Assembly: GCF_006345805.1 (NCBI RefSeq)
Contig: NC_043012.1
Location: forward strand, 20,956,001 to 21,020,000
Direction: 5' to 3'
DNA: 64,000 nucleotides
From: Octopus sinensis
Lineage: Eukaryota
This document shows, in pieces, positions 1 through 12,640 of the stretch. Position numbers and translations under genes: made by a program. Below the pieces are notes generated by a model that ran no database searches, had not been told where the DNA came from, and saw only the letters and a program-made list of their open reading frames with translations. Positions within the stretch are counted from its first letter, which is position 1. Each line of letters opens with the position of its first letter.

Positions 1-202
1 ACAGACACACAGACAGAGAAAGATTCAGAGAAACAGAGCGAGAAAGAGAGAGAGACAGAGAAAGAGAAAGAAAAAGTAAGTGAGAGACAAGGAAACAGAA
101 AGAGAGAGAGAGAAAGACAGAGAGAAAGAGAGACAGAGACAGACAGACAGAGATACTCAGAAAGACAGACAGAGAAAGATAGAGTGAGAACGAGATGGCG
201 AG

Positions 203-268
<66 letters not shown>

Positions 269-290
269 GCAGGTAGATAAATAGATAGAC

Positions 291-336
<46 letters not shown>

Positions 337-350
337 CTAGATAGATAGAT
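1..350. repeat. Compound (AG)/(GACA) low-complexity tract followed by (GATA)n microsatellite
   Basis: Directly visible; near-perfect (GATA)n from about 203 to 350. Confidence 0.95.
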
Positions 351-2416
351 AAGGAGTAATGATTTACTAAAGAATTCGCTGAAAAAATAGATATGACACT
401 TGTATAAAGAAGTCAAAAGAGGGAGGCGGTAGGAAAGAGGGAGAAGGAAACTGTAAGAAAGATAGGAAATAAAGAGGGGAGAGATATTCAATGAAATAGT
501 GTTTAAATATTTGAAGATATTGTATTGTGAACGATACTTTTCGATCTTACTTGAGGTGAAGGTTGTATAATCGAATTGTGTGTTGTGTGTCTTCTCTAGT
601 GCGTCGCGTGTATGTATGTCCTTGTATACGTGTCCATTTGTGTGCATGCGTGATGCCTATGTATATGTGTATGCGTGTTTTTGTGTGTATGCATGCATTT
701 ATGTATGTATGTATGTATGTATGTATGTATGTTGTATGTATGTATGTATGTATGTATGTATGTGTCTATGTGTGGGTGTGTGTGTATGTGGTGAGTGTGT
801 ACATCAAAACCTAACTTCAAGGAAATACTTACCGGAAGATATAAAATTTTATTAGTGTTTCAGTTATTACAAGCTCTGCTTGTGTCTGAAGTTTAACTTT
901 GATGTTATTTCTATAGAGGCACACCGTTTAATCAGGACGACCTTAGCTGTCATCGATTATAAATTGATTGCCGGGGATTACTTTCAATAAATGGAGGGTT
1001 TAAGAATATTTTTCTGCGATGTTGTGTACAATGTGCCAATTTCCTTACGGCCTCTCTTCGGGATGGGATTTTGGAAAAGCTTCTAGAAACACCTGAACTT
1101 TAGTGCGAGTTAGAAATGACAGAAAATTGGTTTTGCATTCGATAGCCAATTTGTGCTTGATGGTTACGATATCAAATATGTATGACATCAGACAAAGAAT
1201 TTCAAATATACATCAAATATTTCAATTGTTATTGTTAAAATAACCTGTCAGCAATATTTATTGATTAGAGTATCGATCATGAGACAAGAAGCATTTGCAA
1301 TTTTACTACTGTGACCGTAACAATTGATTTAAGTATTATCGACATATTAAGTTCTTCATTGATACATTTCATACTTGAACACATTGATTTCCAAACTATT
1401 ATTCTGTCTAATAGAATTATATACCTTCGTATGTTTCAGTCGTAAAGAATAAGAAACTGATTAACTTGTATTCTCTGGAAAGAAAAAGTAATTAAGATAT
1501 ATAGATTTCAAAGTATAATTATGCAATTTTGTTCCAGAAAGATTCCTGGTGAGTATTAGAATAGCTAATATTATCTCTTTTCCTTTGAAAATCAATCTTT
1601 TTTTTTCAGATCTCTTAAATTAGAATTAATAATATTCCTATTATATTCTTTTAGTTTCGTTATTTGACTCTGGTCATGCGAAGACACGGTTTTCAAGCGT
1701 ATAGTCAATAATTTCCACTCCAGTATGTAACAGGTATTCATTTGATGGACTTTAGAAATACAAAAAATACATGGAGCTGAGAGAAGATTGAATTCACAAC
1801 ATAAAGTATGATCTAAACATGTTAGAAGACACTTCGACCGATGATCTATCGACTCTCTGATTTGTAATTTGTCACACGACTGTAATTTCCTCTGATGTAT
1901 TTCTGCCCAAGCTTTTGTTTTAAGAAGGTATTCAGTGTAAGAATGTTGTTTCATTTTCTTACCTGATTGCTGTTCATATATCTCAATTCATGCGTTTCAT
2001 ATAATACGTAGTAAATATTTGACGAATCGTTTCATAAACAGTGAAAATTTCACGCAACAGAGAGCTTTTTGTGTCATAGATTCTGCAGAATGTTTGATCT
2101 TCCTATTACTTTTTATATGCTTCACTCATTCGACGACGACCATGCTTGGACAGCTCCTTGAAGAGCTGAGTCAAATAAATCAACCCTAATATTTCCTTTT
2201 TATGTCTGGCACTTATTCAATCACTTCTGTTGACGATTCATTGCGATATGGGGACATAATGAAACAAGCAACGGTTGTCAAACGATGTGGACACAATCAC
2301 AAACACTTAGACTCACATGTGTGTGTGTATGTGTGTGTGTGCAACTCTCTGTGTATTTGTGTATGTCTGCATGTGTGTGTGTGTAGTTGTGTGTGTATAC
2401 ATATGCACAACTATAT

Positions 2417-2610
2417 AGGCGCAGGAGTGGCTGTGTGGTAAGTATCTTGCTTACCAACCACATGGTTCTGGGTTCAGTCCCACTGCGTGGCATCTTGGGC
2501 AAGTATCTTCTACTATAGCCTCGGGCCAACTAAAGCCTTGTGAGTGGATTTGGTAGACGGAAACTGAAAGAAGCCTGTCGCATATATATATATATATATA
2601 TATATTTATG

Positions 2611-2641
<31 letters not shown>

Positions 2642-2875
2642 TGTGTGTATGTATGTATGTGTGTTTGTGTGTCTGTGTTTGTCCCCCCCAACATCGCTTG
2701 ACAAGCGATGCTGGTGTGTTTACGTCCCCGTAACTTAGCGCTTCGGCAAAAGAGACCGATAGAATAAGTACTAGGCTTACAAATAATAAGTCCTGGGGTC
2801 GATTTGCTCGACTAAAGGCGGTGCTCCAGCATGGCTGCAGTCAAATGACTGAAATAAGTAAAAGAGAGTAAGAGT
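2417..2875 (+). mobile_element. tRNA-derived SINE, family A (octopus OK/OR-like), full length with internal (TA)/(TG) tract
   Basis: Head aggcgcaggagtggctgtgtggtaag (A-box-like) and gggttcagtcc (B-box-like), body cttgggcaagt..., tail ...gactgaaataagtaaaagagagta. Near-identical copies at 6588-6997 (-) and 53230-53665 (+). Confidence 0.9.
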
Positions 2876-3723
2876 ATACGCGATGCTCCTCAACAGAATT
2901 TCCTTCATGCCAAATTCCCACACAAGTTATTAACAATTTTATAAAACCCACCTAATAACTTGTCCCTGTAACCAATGATCGTCAAGATTTAGAGCTTTTG
3001 CTAGGACCCGGTTTCTTGAGATATTAGATTAGATTATCTTGCTTTGCGGTCTTTATAGCCGGCACTTGTACAAATCAGCCTTCGATTACGACTGTATTGC
3101 TTTTGTGGTGTAATATATAGCTTTTCGGTTGCATCATATTTCATTGAATCCGAATATTTCACTGACATTTGTGTTTGGATGGATCTTGATGATGTAATAT
3201 CTTCCAATGTGTTTGATGCTACAGATATGTTACATCACATCGCAGCATCAATTTTGTTCCTATCACTATGCATGCGCCTCATAGCTAAAATATTTATTCA
3301 TGTATAACAAATTTATGAAAAGGTTACGACCTTATTTATTCCGGATTATGTACTCATGCGTAAGCTTCTGCGCATATGAAAAGCGTTTCTTCCCTGCGTT
3401 CAAGTATGTCGTTGCAATAGTTATTGGGTTGCCACGGATCCGATACTTCTTACTGCGTAACATTCCAATTCTCAGTTAAAGGTAATTTATTTCACTCATA
3501 GCAAAAGTATAAACATCCCAGTATTCTTACATCCTTTCTTCCATTTGTGTGTATGGGGGGGGGTTCTTGGTGCTATCAGAGAAAACATAAATTTCAATGA
3601 TGGTTATACGTTACGAAATCTTGTAAATTGATAGATTTAGTAATTATTGCTTGTAATTTCAGAGTCTACGATGCAGCAAATCCCACAATACAGATATTCC
3701 ACACACACACACACACACACACA

Positions 3724-3821
<98 letters not shown>

Positions 3822-3862
3822 ATATAATATATATATATATATGCATACATCGATACATTCAC

Positions 3863-4062
3863 CATGATAGATCGCTAGCCACCACGCATTCTTTATTTTC
3901 TCTATTTTCTTTCCTTCTTTCTTCTTGTGTTCCTCTCTGTGGAAGAGCGTAGGCTCGAAACGTTAAAGATTTTTTCCCTTCCCGAGCGTTAAACTAATAC
4001 ATTTTTTTGTTGTCTACACCACATGTCTTCGTCTTTTGGGGTTTTTTTTTGCGAATTCTCCC
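3863..4062 (+). mobile_element. Short PLE pseudo-LTR-like element carrying a minimal hammerhead motif
   Basis: Same family as 43195-43390 (shared catgat(a/t)gatcg(c/g)tagccac...gaagagcgtaggctcgaaac...cttcccgagc(g/t)ttaaactaatac). Lies next to a (TA)n tract. Confidence 0.6.
3933..3968 (+). ncRNA. Degenerate minimal type I hammerhead ribozyme motif
   Basis: cucu-CUGUGGA-A-GAGC(guag)GCUC-GAAA-CG-UU-aaag. The core has A6>U, stem III is the palindrome ACGU, and the triplet is GUU. Confidence 0.5.
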
Positions 4063-4319
4063 TACATAGATACATACCTACATACATACACGCATACAAA
4101 CAATCTTGAGTAGATATACATATTCATGTATTCATGTATGTATATATATATATACACACACACATATGTATACGCGCGTACACGTATGTATTTATTTTTT
4201 TTTTCACCGACTTCTTTTATATTTCACCTCTACATTAATTTATTCTTTAAGATTTTTATTTCTACAAGACACACGAGGATAATACAATGACATCATATCT
4301 CATTATTAAAAATACTAAA

Positions 4320-4580
4320 AGCAGTGATCTGACAGAATGGTTAGCTCGCCGGACAAAATCCTTAGCAGCATTTAGTCATCCTATACGTCCTGAGTTCAAA
4401 TTGTACTCAGGTCGACTTTGCCTTTCGTCCTTTCGATTCTGGTGCGTTTACGTCCCCGTAGTTTAGCGGGTCGGCAAAAGAGTCCGATAGAATAAGTTCT
4501 TGGGTCGATTTCTTCGACTAAAGACGTTGCCCAAACATGACAGCAGTGAAATGATTGAAACAAATAAAAGAATAAAAGAA
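4320..4580 (+). mobile_element. Degraded SINE family B 5' part fused to SINE family A 3' part
   Basis: gagttcaaatt...gtcgactttgcctttc followed by ggtgcgtttacgtccccgtagtttagcgg...gactaaagacg...gaaacaaataaaagaataaaag. Confidence 0.7.
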
Positions 4581-4635
4581 AAGATTAGTCTTCGAGGTTT
4601 ATCACGAAGTGTATGCTACGCTATAATTTTCTAGA

Positions 4636-4868
4636 AGGCGGTGAGCTGGTAGAAACGTTAGCACGCCGGGCGAAATGCGTTGCCGTATTTCGTCTGCCGT
4701 TACGTTCCGAGTTCAAATTCCGCCGAGGTCAACTTTGCCTTTCATCCTTCCGGGGTCGATAAATTAAGTACCAGTTACGCACTGGGGTTGATGTAATCGA
4801 CTTAATCCGTTTGTCTGTCCTTGTTTGTCTCCTCTGTGTTTAGCCCCTTGTGGGTAGTAAAGAAATAT
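4636..4868 (+). mobile_element. tRNA-derived SINE, family B (central domain resembles the MetaSINE-type core)
   Basis: Head aggcggtgagctggtagaaacgttagcacgccgggcg, B-box gagttcaaattcc, core gtcaactttgcctttcatccttccggggtcgataaattaagtaccag. Many copies occur in the window. Confidence 0.85.
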
Positions 4869-5261
4869 ATAATTTTCTATGTTACAAACGGAATGGTTAA
4901 CAGAATATAGATTGCATGAAATATATACATTGAAGAGGTGTTTCACTACCACCAAAGCTGCGCGAGGGTCAAATTGGCTAAATACGTTATTCCCATATTT
5001 ATTTATTAAACACCGAAGTGTACAAATGCTTTCGTGTTCTTCGGAATGGTAAGATTTATGTGATGGATATCCACTTTGGTTACTCGCAGGTTGTTTCCTA
5101 TTTGAAAATATTTGAATAGACAGACGAATGTAGCGAATAGAAAACCGAAAGTAATATTTAGCGCTATTTCAAAAGGAGTGGCCATGAGTTGATGTGAATC
5201 ACAGCATGCTACTTCAGAGGAGCATTGACCGCTGCTGCTTTGTACTGCTGCTACGAGCAGC

Positions 5262-5289
5262 AGCAGCAGCAGCAACTGTAGTAGTAGTG

Positions 5290-5321
<32 letters not shown>

Positions 5322-5322
5322 G

Positions 5323-5357
<35 letters not shown>

Positions 5358-5445
5358 TATAGTAGCGGCAGCAGCTGCAGTAGTAGTAGTAGTAGTGGTG
5401 GTGGTGGTGGTGGTGGTAGTAGTAGTGGTGGTGGTAGTAGTAGTC

Positions 5446-5496
<51 letters not shown>

Positions 5497-5497
5497 A
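5262..5497. repeat. (GCA)/(GTA)/(GTG)n trinucleotide microsatellite
   Basis: Directly visible; source of the poly-V, poly-Y and poly-H ORFs. Confidence 0.95.
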
Positions 5498-5679
5498 AAT
5501 GAGATGAAGAGGATCCGGAGTGGCAACAAAATGTTACTGAGTGAAGATTTCTTAACCAGTTGAATCTCTTTTATCTTCATATGTTTCAGTTATTATACTG
5601 CGGCCATGCTTGGGTACAGCCTTCTGGGTTTTTTGTCGGACAGTGCGTCTCCAGTGTGTATTCTTAATTCTGTTCTACT

Positions 5680-6292
5680 CTAGGCACAAGACCCGAAATT
5701 TGGGGGAGAGGGACAGTCGATTAGATCAACCCCAGTATGCAACTGGTACTTAATTTATCATCCCCGAAAGGATGAAAGGCAAAGTCAACTTCGGCGGAAT
5801 TTGAACTCAGAACATAAAGACAGACGAAATGCCCCTAAGCATTTCCACTTGCGTGCTAACGTATTTTATATTTTTTACTACCCACAAGGGGCTACACCCA
5901 GAGGAGACAAGCAAGGACAGACAAACGGATTAAGTCGATTAAATCGACCCCAGTGCGTAACTGGTACTTATTTAATCGACCTCCAAAGGATAAAAGGCAA
6001 AGTCGACCTTGGCAGAATTTGAACTCAGAACGTAGAGGCAGACGAAATACCTATTTCTTTACTGCCCACAAGGGGCTAAACACAGAGGGACAAACAAGGA
6101 CAGCCAAATGGATTAAGTCAATTACATCGACTCCAGTGCGTAACTGATACTTTCTTTATGGGCCCCGAAACGATGAAGGGCAAAGTCGACCTCGGCGGAA
6201 TTTGAACTCACAACGTAACGGCAGACGAAATATCGCTAAGCATTTCGCCCGGCGTGCTAACGTTTCTGCCAGCTCGCTGCCTGGTACTTATT
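5680..6292 (-). mobile_element. Head-to-tail array of three partial or complete SINE family B copies
   Basis: The block cgaccccagt(a/g)cg(c/t)aactggtact...ggcaaagtcgacc...gaatttgaactca is repeated three times. The intact head ends at about 6292. Confidence 0.85.
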
Positions 6293-6587
6293 AGACTCTT
6301 CTGACGAACATCTACAACACTAAGACACACGCACATACTCACACACATACTCACACTCATACGCACGGACACACACTCATGCACGCACACAAACATACAT
6401 GGACACACACAGATATACGATGAGCTTTCACACGGTTTCCATCTTCAAAATTTACTCACAAGAATTGGTCGATCTGGAACTATAAAAAGAGAGCTTCTTA
6501 GTCGCACAGTCATGCCTAGTAACTCTAGTAACTGAATTCTTCTTTTCCTCGTTCCCAATTTTTCTTTTTTTTTCTTCTTAATTTGAT

Positions 6588-6997
6588 TACTCTTTACTCT
6601 TTTACTCTTTTATTTGTTTCAGTTATTTGACTGCGGCCATGCTGGAGCACCGCCTTTAATCGAGCAATCGACCCCGGGACTTAATCTTTTGTAAGCCCAG
6701 TACTTATTCTATCGGTTTCTTTTGCCGAACCGCTAAGTAACGGGGACATAAACATACCAGCATCGGTTGTCAAGCAATGCTAGGGAGACAAACACAGACA
6801 CACAAACACACTCACGCATATATATACATATATACGACGGGCTTCTTTCAGTTTCCATCTACCAAATCCACTCAAAAGGCTTTGGTCGGCCCGAAGCTAT
6901 AGTAGAAGCCACTCGCCCAAGGTGCCACGCGGTGGGACTGAACCCGGAACCATGTGGTTGGTAAACAAGCTACTTACCACACAGCCACTCCTGCGCC
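6588..6997 (-). mobile_element. SINE family A, full length
   Basis: Reverse complement of the 2417-2875 family; head ...cttaccacacagccactcctgcgcc. Confidence 0.9.
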
Positions 6998-7669
6998 ACT
7001 CCTTGCAATAGATTCAATTTTACCAATGCCATTTCTATATCTATCCCTTGAGCATCCACCCTCTTGGTTCTAAGACATAATCTTCAGCAAAACTTAATGT
7101 GTCACACTATCACCAACAATTGCCCCTCAAATATTTTTGGCAGAGCTCAATCCGTTGCATTGCAGGCATTCGTGTTAAATCTCAGATAAAAGTATATGAA
7201 AATCTTCGTCTCTTTCTATCATCGGGCTTGCAGGCTCTGTGGAACAGAATCTTCCCCCTACTCTGATTATGCCATAAAAAATCCACTTCAAATATCTTGA
7301 TCCTTTTCTCTAAAAGTAATAAAAATTCATAATTAGTTTTGTTTTACACCCCACCATATCATATAATATTGATTATATTGTAATAATGTCAATTTTATTA
7401 CGATCCTGGTATTCTTGAAGATCTGTATCGATCGATAAGGGTTACTATACAAAATGTCAACGTAATGGCAATTCATGCTATGGATGTAACGTCATGTTAT
7501 GTCCATAACACTGAGCATTCATGGGATCGTCTTTAAACGTTACATCAAGTGTGATAATTCATTTTGATGCTTAGACAAGCGGCACTGAACACAGATTATA
7601 TTTTTATAATTATTATTTCTATTTCACTTCTGAAAGCACACGATTTCACTTCCTCCAACTAATTCTATA

Positions 7670-7866
7670 ACAGCAGACAACATTCTGCTGTTGAGGGTCT
7701 CATAGGTTCTATTTCCACGATACTTAACACCCAAGGATGAATCTATAATTCCTTGCCGTCCTCAATAAATCAGCTTTCTGAGTATGTTCCAATTTCTCCA
7801 ACAAATTTCTCAAATATGGTTCTTAGTGTTCCCAGCGCCCCTACAACTACCAGGGGGACAGTTGCA
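7670..7866 (-). mobile_element. 5'-truncated 3' end of an R4/Dong-like (restriction-like endonuclease) non-LTR retrotransposon
   Basis: Minus strand reads VPLVVVGALGTLRTIFEKFVGEIG, then after a frameshift QKADLLRTARNYRFILGC*. This matches the conserved R4-clade C-terminus (VIGALG...LQKxxLLGTARILRxVL). Abuts (AAT)n. Confidence 0.7.
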
Positions 7867-7882
7867 TTATTATTATTATTAT

Positions 7883-7928
<46 letters not shown>

Positions 7929-7934
7929 GGTGGT

Positions 7935-8022
<88 letters not shown>

Positions 8023-8075
8023 AAATAGTAGTAGAAATAGTAGTAGTAGTAGTATTCAATGGTAAGCAAAAATGT
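7867..8075. repeat. (ATT)/(GTA)/(GTG)n microsatellite
   Basis: Directly visible. Confidence 0.95.
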
Positions 8076-8351
8076 TTTGCGTTTGGTGTCAGTGTCCTTG
8101 ATACTGGGTCAAAAGTAGTTTCCTTAATTATCGATAAACTTTCGACTTCACATTTACCCTCCTATATCTTGGTATCCTTACCTCTGTTCGTTCACCGCTA
8201 CATTCATATCAGCACACATAGCCATATTATGAAAATGCACTCTTTTGATGGCTTATCCTGGTTGATAATACCAGGTGGTCTCACTTGAATCTCATCGTCA
8301 GCCTGGAAATTAAAATCTCATTATTATTATTATTATTGTTATCATGATTAA

Positions 8352-8570
8352 GGCGACGAGCTGGCAGAATCGTTAGCACGCTTGACAAAATGCATAACAG
8401 CATTTTGTCCGTCTTTATGTTCTGAGCTCAAATTCTGCCGGGGTCGACTTTACTTGTTATCGTTCAGGGTCAATAAATTAAGTACCAGCCGGTCACTGGG
8501 GGTCGATGTAACCAACTAGTCCCATCCCCACCAAATTTCAAGCTTTGTGCTTATATTACAAAGGATAATA
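8352..8570 (+). mobile_element. SINE family B
   Basis: aaggcgacgagctggcagaatcgttagcacg...gagctcaaattctgccggggtcgacttt...taaattaagtaccag. Confidence 0.8.
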
Positions 8571-8604
8571 ATAATTATAGTTGTTGTTGTTATTGTATTA
8601 AAAC

Positions 8605-8700
8605 TCACTTCCTATTTTTCTGGGTATGATTGAAAGTGTCAGCTGTCCACAGCCAGCAGACTTAGGTGACACTTGTTTACTGGTCATGCTTCAAGAAACC
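8605..8700 (-). mobile_element. Very short 3' end of an R4/Dong-like element in (TAA)n
   Basis: Homologous to 9055-9130 (ctgggtatga..gaaagt.tcagctgtcca.agccagcagact...cttgtttactggtcatgcttcaagaa). Followed on the + strand by long (ATT)n. Confidence 0.7.
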
Positions 8701-8748
8701 ATTATTATTATTATTATTATATTATTATTATTATTATTATTATTATTA

Positions 8749-8795
<47 letters not shown>

Positions 8796-8968
8796 TTCCT
8801 TCTTTCTTCAAATTTTCTTCCATTTCTCGCCGTGTGTTTTCCGTACACCTACGGCAGAGAAGCTCATTGCATGCATTCCCGGATTACACACGCAAATTGA
8901 CAAGTAAAATATGTATTTAAAAAATTTAATAAATAAATGAATTCATGAATGGATCTTGTTTCCACAGC

Positions 8969-9030
<62 letters not shown>

Positions 9031-9031
<1 letters not shown>

Positions 9032-9300
9032 GAAATCTCACAGCTTTTTTTTTGGCTGGGTATGAAGGAAAGTATCAGCTGTCCAAAGCCAGCAGACTAA
9101 CGAGATACTTGTTTACTGGTCATGCTTCAAGAACCCTGCGAAGAATTCTTGCAGATCCAAGCAATGCTGATTTTTATAAGTGTTGTACCTTCACACTTGC
9201 ACCAATCTTTTTCAGCCATGTCGGTAGTTGGGAGTTGATACTTCAAAGTGTACCAATTACTATTGGTATCACGTCTACACTCTCTAAGTGTGCCAATTAC
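9031..9300 (-). mobile_element. 5'-truncated 3' end of an R4/Dong-like non-LTR retrotransposon
   Basis: Minus strand reads VDVIPIVIGTL*SINSQLPTWLKKIGASVKVQHL*KSALLGSARILRRVLEA*, then a 3' UTR, then (AAT)n. Confidence 0.8.
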
Positions 9301-9368
9301 TATAGTTATTGTTGTCTGTACTTTGTTGTTGTTGTTGTTAATATTATTATTATTATTATTATTATTGA

Positions 9369-9495
9369 GAAAGCAGCGCATGCCATCAAAGTAACGGTGG
9401 AGTACAAATATACGAAGCGCAATATAGCCATCATAACTACCCGTTTGATGAGAGTACACCAGGTACAAGCATCATATTTACGCGACATGGTAGTC
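9369..9495 (+). mobile_element. Truncated copy of the ~520-550-bp (ATT)n-flanked non-coding element
   Basis: gagaaagcagcgcatgccatcaaagt...aaatatacgaagc...catcataactacccgt, homologous to 37680-37810 and 19900-20030. Confidence 0.8.
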
Positions 9496-11689
9496 TTAGT
9501 CTTATTTTGTAGTTGTTCTTCTATTTGTTATTATCATCATCGTCGCCATCATTATCGTCATCATCACCATCACCATCACCTCGTCGTCATCTTCATCATC
9601 ATCATCCTCCTCCTTCTTCTCCTCTTCATTATTGAGTTGGTAGATTTAAGTTCAATGATTTCCTCGTCCTTTCTTTATAGAGATTTATTCTAAAATTGCG
9701 AGTTGAAAACGTCCCTTATGCTCGTTGTTGAGTGAAATCCCAAACTCGTATCGAACTCTCTGCAGGTTTGTTGCCTTGCGCTTTAACTGTCTTGCAATTA
9801 TTCGTGCAATGTACCCTGCTGATCTTACCGCAGAGGCCACTGTTAACTAATTACAGCTACCGGTGCTTGTCTACGGTCACCACAAACCAGTTTGTGTATA
9901 CAGAAACACGTCGCCGGGCACTACGCGATTATATGAACAAGCCATAACCAACATCAATTGTTTGTAGGTGATTATACCATCAATTTTTAATGAAGAATCT
10001 GTGAAAACAAATGGAAATCTATAATAGAACACTCCTTTTCTTCGTCTCTAATAAGCGATAGTGTTTACATTCTGTCTTATGATCTTATCTTTACGACAAT
10101 GATGAATGATATTTTCCATTAGTGGAAGGTAAACGAGTGTATGTCAGCGTCTGTACTTATTATGAAACTATCTTTTATTTATTGAATATTGTAATTGTAT
10201 TTATATCAACAGTATCATTTAAACCGAATGGTTTTAGGGTATAGAAAAATATTTGCAATTGCTAAATAATGAGAAAAGAATTTTTTCTAAAGGGAAGATT
10301 TCAGTTATTTTAAAGAAAATAACAGCAACATCTTCTCAATTAGCATCGATAAAAACGCTTGAAAATTTTCAGGGGTTTTTTTTTGTTGGGGTGTGGGGTC
10401 ATAAAAAAATGGAAAATGTACATCCTCCACGACTTAAAAAGGCCTGATATAGCACTAAAGTTAGCGACTACTAAGATTTCCTAAATAACAAATTCGTCTA
10501 CGGTAGCATTTCGAAATAGCTGAAAGTAGCAATTGGAGTATTGACTATTACTGATATTATTTAGGCACAGGTCATCTACCGCTGATCGCACTTATGATAA
10601 TGGACGTTCGTTTCCCTAATTACTCACACTTTTTTGTATATTTAGGATTTTACTAGATTATATATCATCTCTTCTGCAAAGTGGTAGGGTGCATTTTGAA
10701 TGAATCAGTCTAATAGTTTAGGAAGGTCGACCGACCGCACAGGGACACTTTCTTTGTGTAATTAAGGTAATTCAGCACTGTATTTCCTCAACAACTTCAC
10801 TGTTCTCTTGTTGTTATATCATATTGATTTTTCTGCTCATATCCAAAACTTCACGTTTGTAGGGAAATGAGAAACATGATTGTATGACCCTTTAAGTCTC
10901 TCAAAAGTGCATTACCAACTTAGTGCGCAATCAAAAGGCTATAATTGAAAATCGACATCAGGTCATAAGGAGCTTACGTCTCCTCCATGGGTCAGGAACA
11001 TTTATCGTATGATATTAAACGCTGATACAATAACTCCAATAGACACACACACACACATGCACACACCCACACACACACACACACATATACACACACTGAC
11101 ACTCCCTCACACACACATACATATAAGCTATATCAGTGTCTGATTATGAATATCCAATTATCCGCTTTTCCTCTCTACTCACCATTTTCGTATTCATATT
11201 CATGGAAAGAGCATTATTTATTAAATAATTCTTAAAATGATACAGCTTTCTGTTAACTAGTGTTAAAGGTGCCTTTGTTATTGAGGCTAAGGATGGGGAT
11301 TTGTGACATTCATATGTTTCACTAGGATATTAGTTATGCACAAAAATATAAGCCTACACTTGTTCTGTTTACATCCTCTACACAAGATCTTGTATGGTGT
11401 ATCTAAGTTTACAGTAAAATTGTGAATTTTCTAATGCATTTGCAACATAAATAAAGCAAAATTGTGCACATGAGATAGTGACTCTGGTTAAAAAATTATC
11501 TAAAAATTTCTAGCCTAAATCATATTACGTACGTATTCCTTATATTCGTTGTGTTGTGCGTCTAAGTTTCTCACAGAAGTAGTATTGCTTCGGATTAACA
11601 GGCATATATTTTATAATTCCGTCTGTGTATGTCTATACTCCGTTTCACTTGTGTTCACATTGCTTTTGAGTTCTCGGAATAGTAAGGAA

Positions 11690-12640
11690 ATTAGTAGCAG
11701 GTAATCACTAATACAACTAGCCTACAAAAACGGAGCCTTGAACCAATGCCTGAGTGTGTGCACCATCAGTTATCACCTTTTCAATAGCTATTCTTTTGTA
11801 GTTCTTGCCGAGACCTTGGACAGCAGAAGGCCAAGTTGTTTCTTGAAAACATCTAATCCTATTCCATATAGATTTCTCAGATTTCTCAGATTTGGCAAGA
11901 AAGCCGTGAGACCATGATTCACAACATGTTGCATTATATCGTCTTCATTCTAGACGAAATGGCTGGGACATTTGAAACAGTATACTGACGTTCAGTTCGA
12001 GGGTTTGATGCCAAAGATTGGTGCCAACCTTTCCAGGATCTTCCATACATTACTCCCTATCTCTCCCGTCTTTGCTCCAGAGAGTTGAGGTGTAACTCTT
12101 TCAACCTCTCCCAGTATCTTAGCTGTTCTATTGCTGCAATCTTCTTGGCGTAGCAACGCTGTACTGCCTCTAGTTCCGCTATTCAGTTGACACTGTGGAG
12201 TGTCTGGAGTTCAGAGAAGCATTCCGGACTGTGAGAGTAATTGTTCTCCGAAGAACCATTATAGTTTCCTGGTGGCATATTATGTAAGTTCTCAGAATCC
12301 ATCGTGCCATTCGGCTGGACATCACCAACTTGGTGATATGCACATGAAATGAGGCGTTGTTGTTCATATAAATCCCCAGATCACGCATTGATATGCCGCT
12401 CTTTTTAGCCCAAAGTATTTTTGTATCATCATGTTAGCGCGAGCTGTTTCAGAATAGAGGGCTTCGTATTTCCTTTCATTAATTTTATTCTTTTATCCGC
12501 CCATTTATATATGACATCAAGATCTTTCAGTAGAAGATTAGCAACGAAAGATTCCTTGATTAATTGTACTATTTTTGTGTCGTCAGAATAGCTAGTAAGT
12601 GTTGTTAACTGTCTAACAGATAGCATGTCCGAGTTGTTAC
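11690..12640 (-). mobile_element. Decayed CR1-clade LINE, RT C-terminal half
   Basis: Minus-strand fragments SYSDDTKIVQLI...LLKDLDVIYKWA (YADD-type motif), RDLGIYMNNNASFHVHITKLV...ARWILRT and ERLKELHLNSLEQRRER. Many stops and frameshifts. Confidence 0.8.

Noticed and set aside
1592-1954. 120-aa non-repetitive minus ORF
   Set aside because: No recognisable motif, splice context or homologous copy; compatible with chance in AT-rich DNA.
1963-2082. Possible minus-strand exon (ttctgcag acceptor, gtaaga donor)
   Set aside because: All three frames contain a stop between the sites when read carefully.
8182-8302. 121-nt minus-strand segment with good acceptor (ttttaatttccag) and donor (gtaagg)
   Set aside because: No frame is open across it. 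It could be a non-coding exon, but the sequence alone does not support that.
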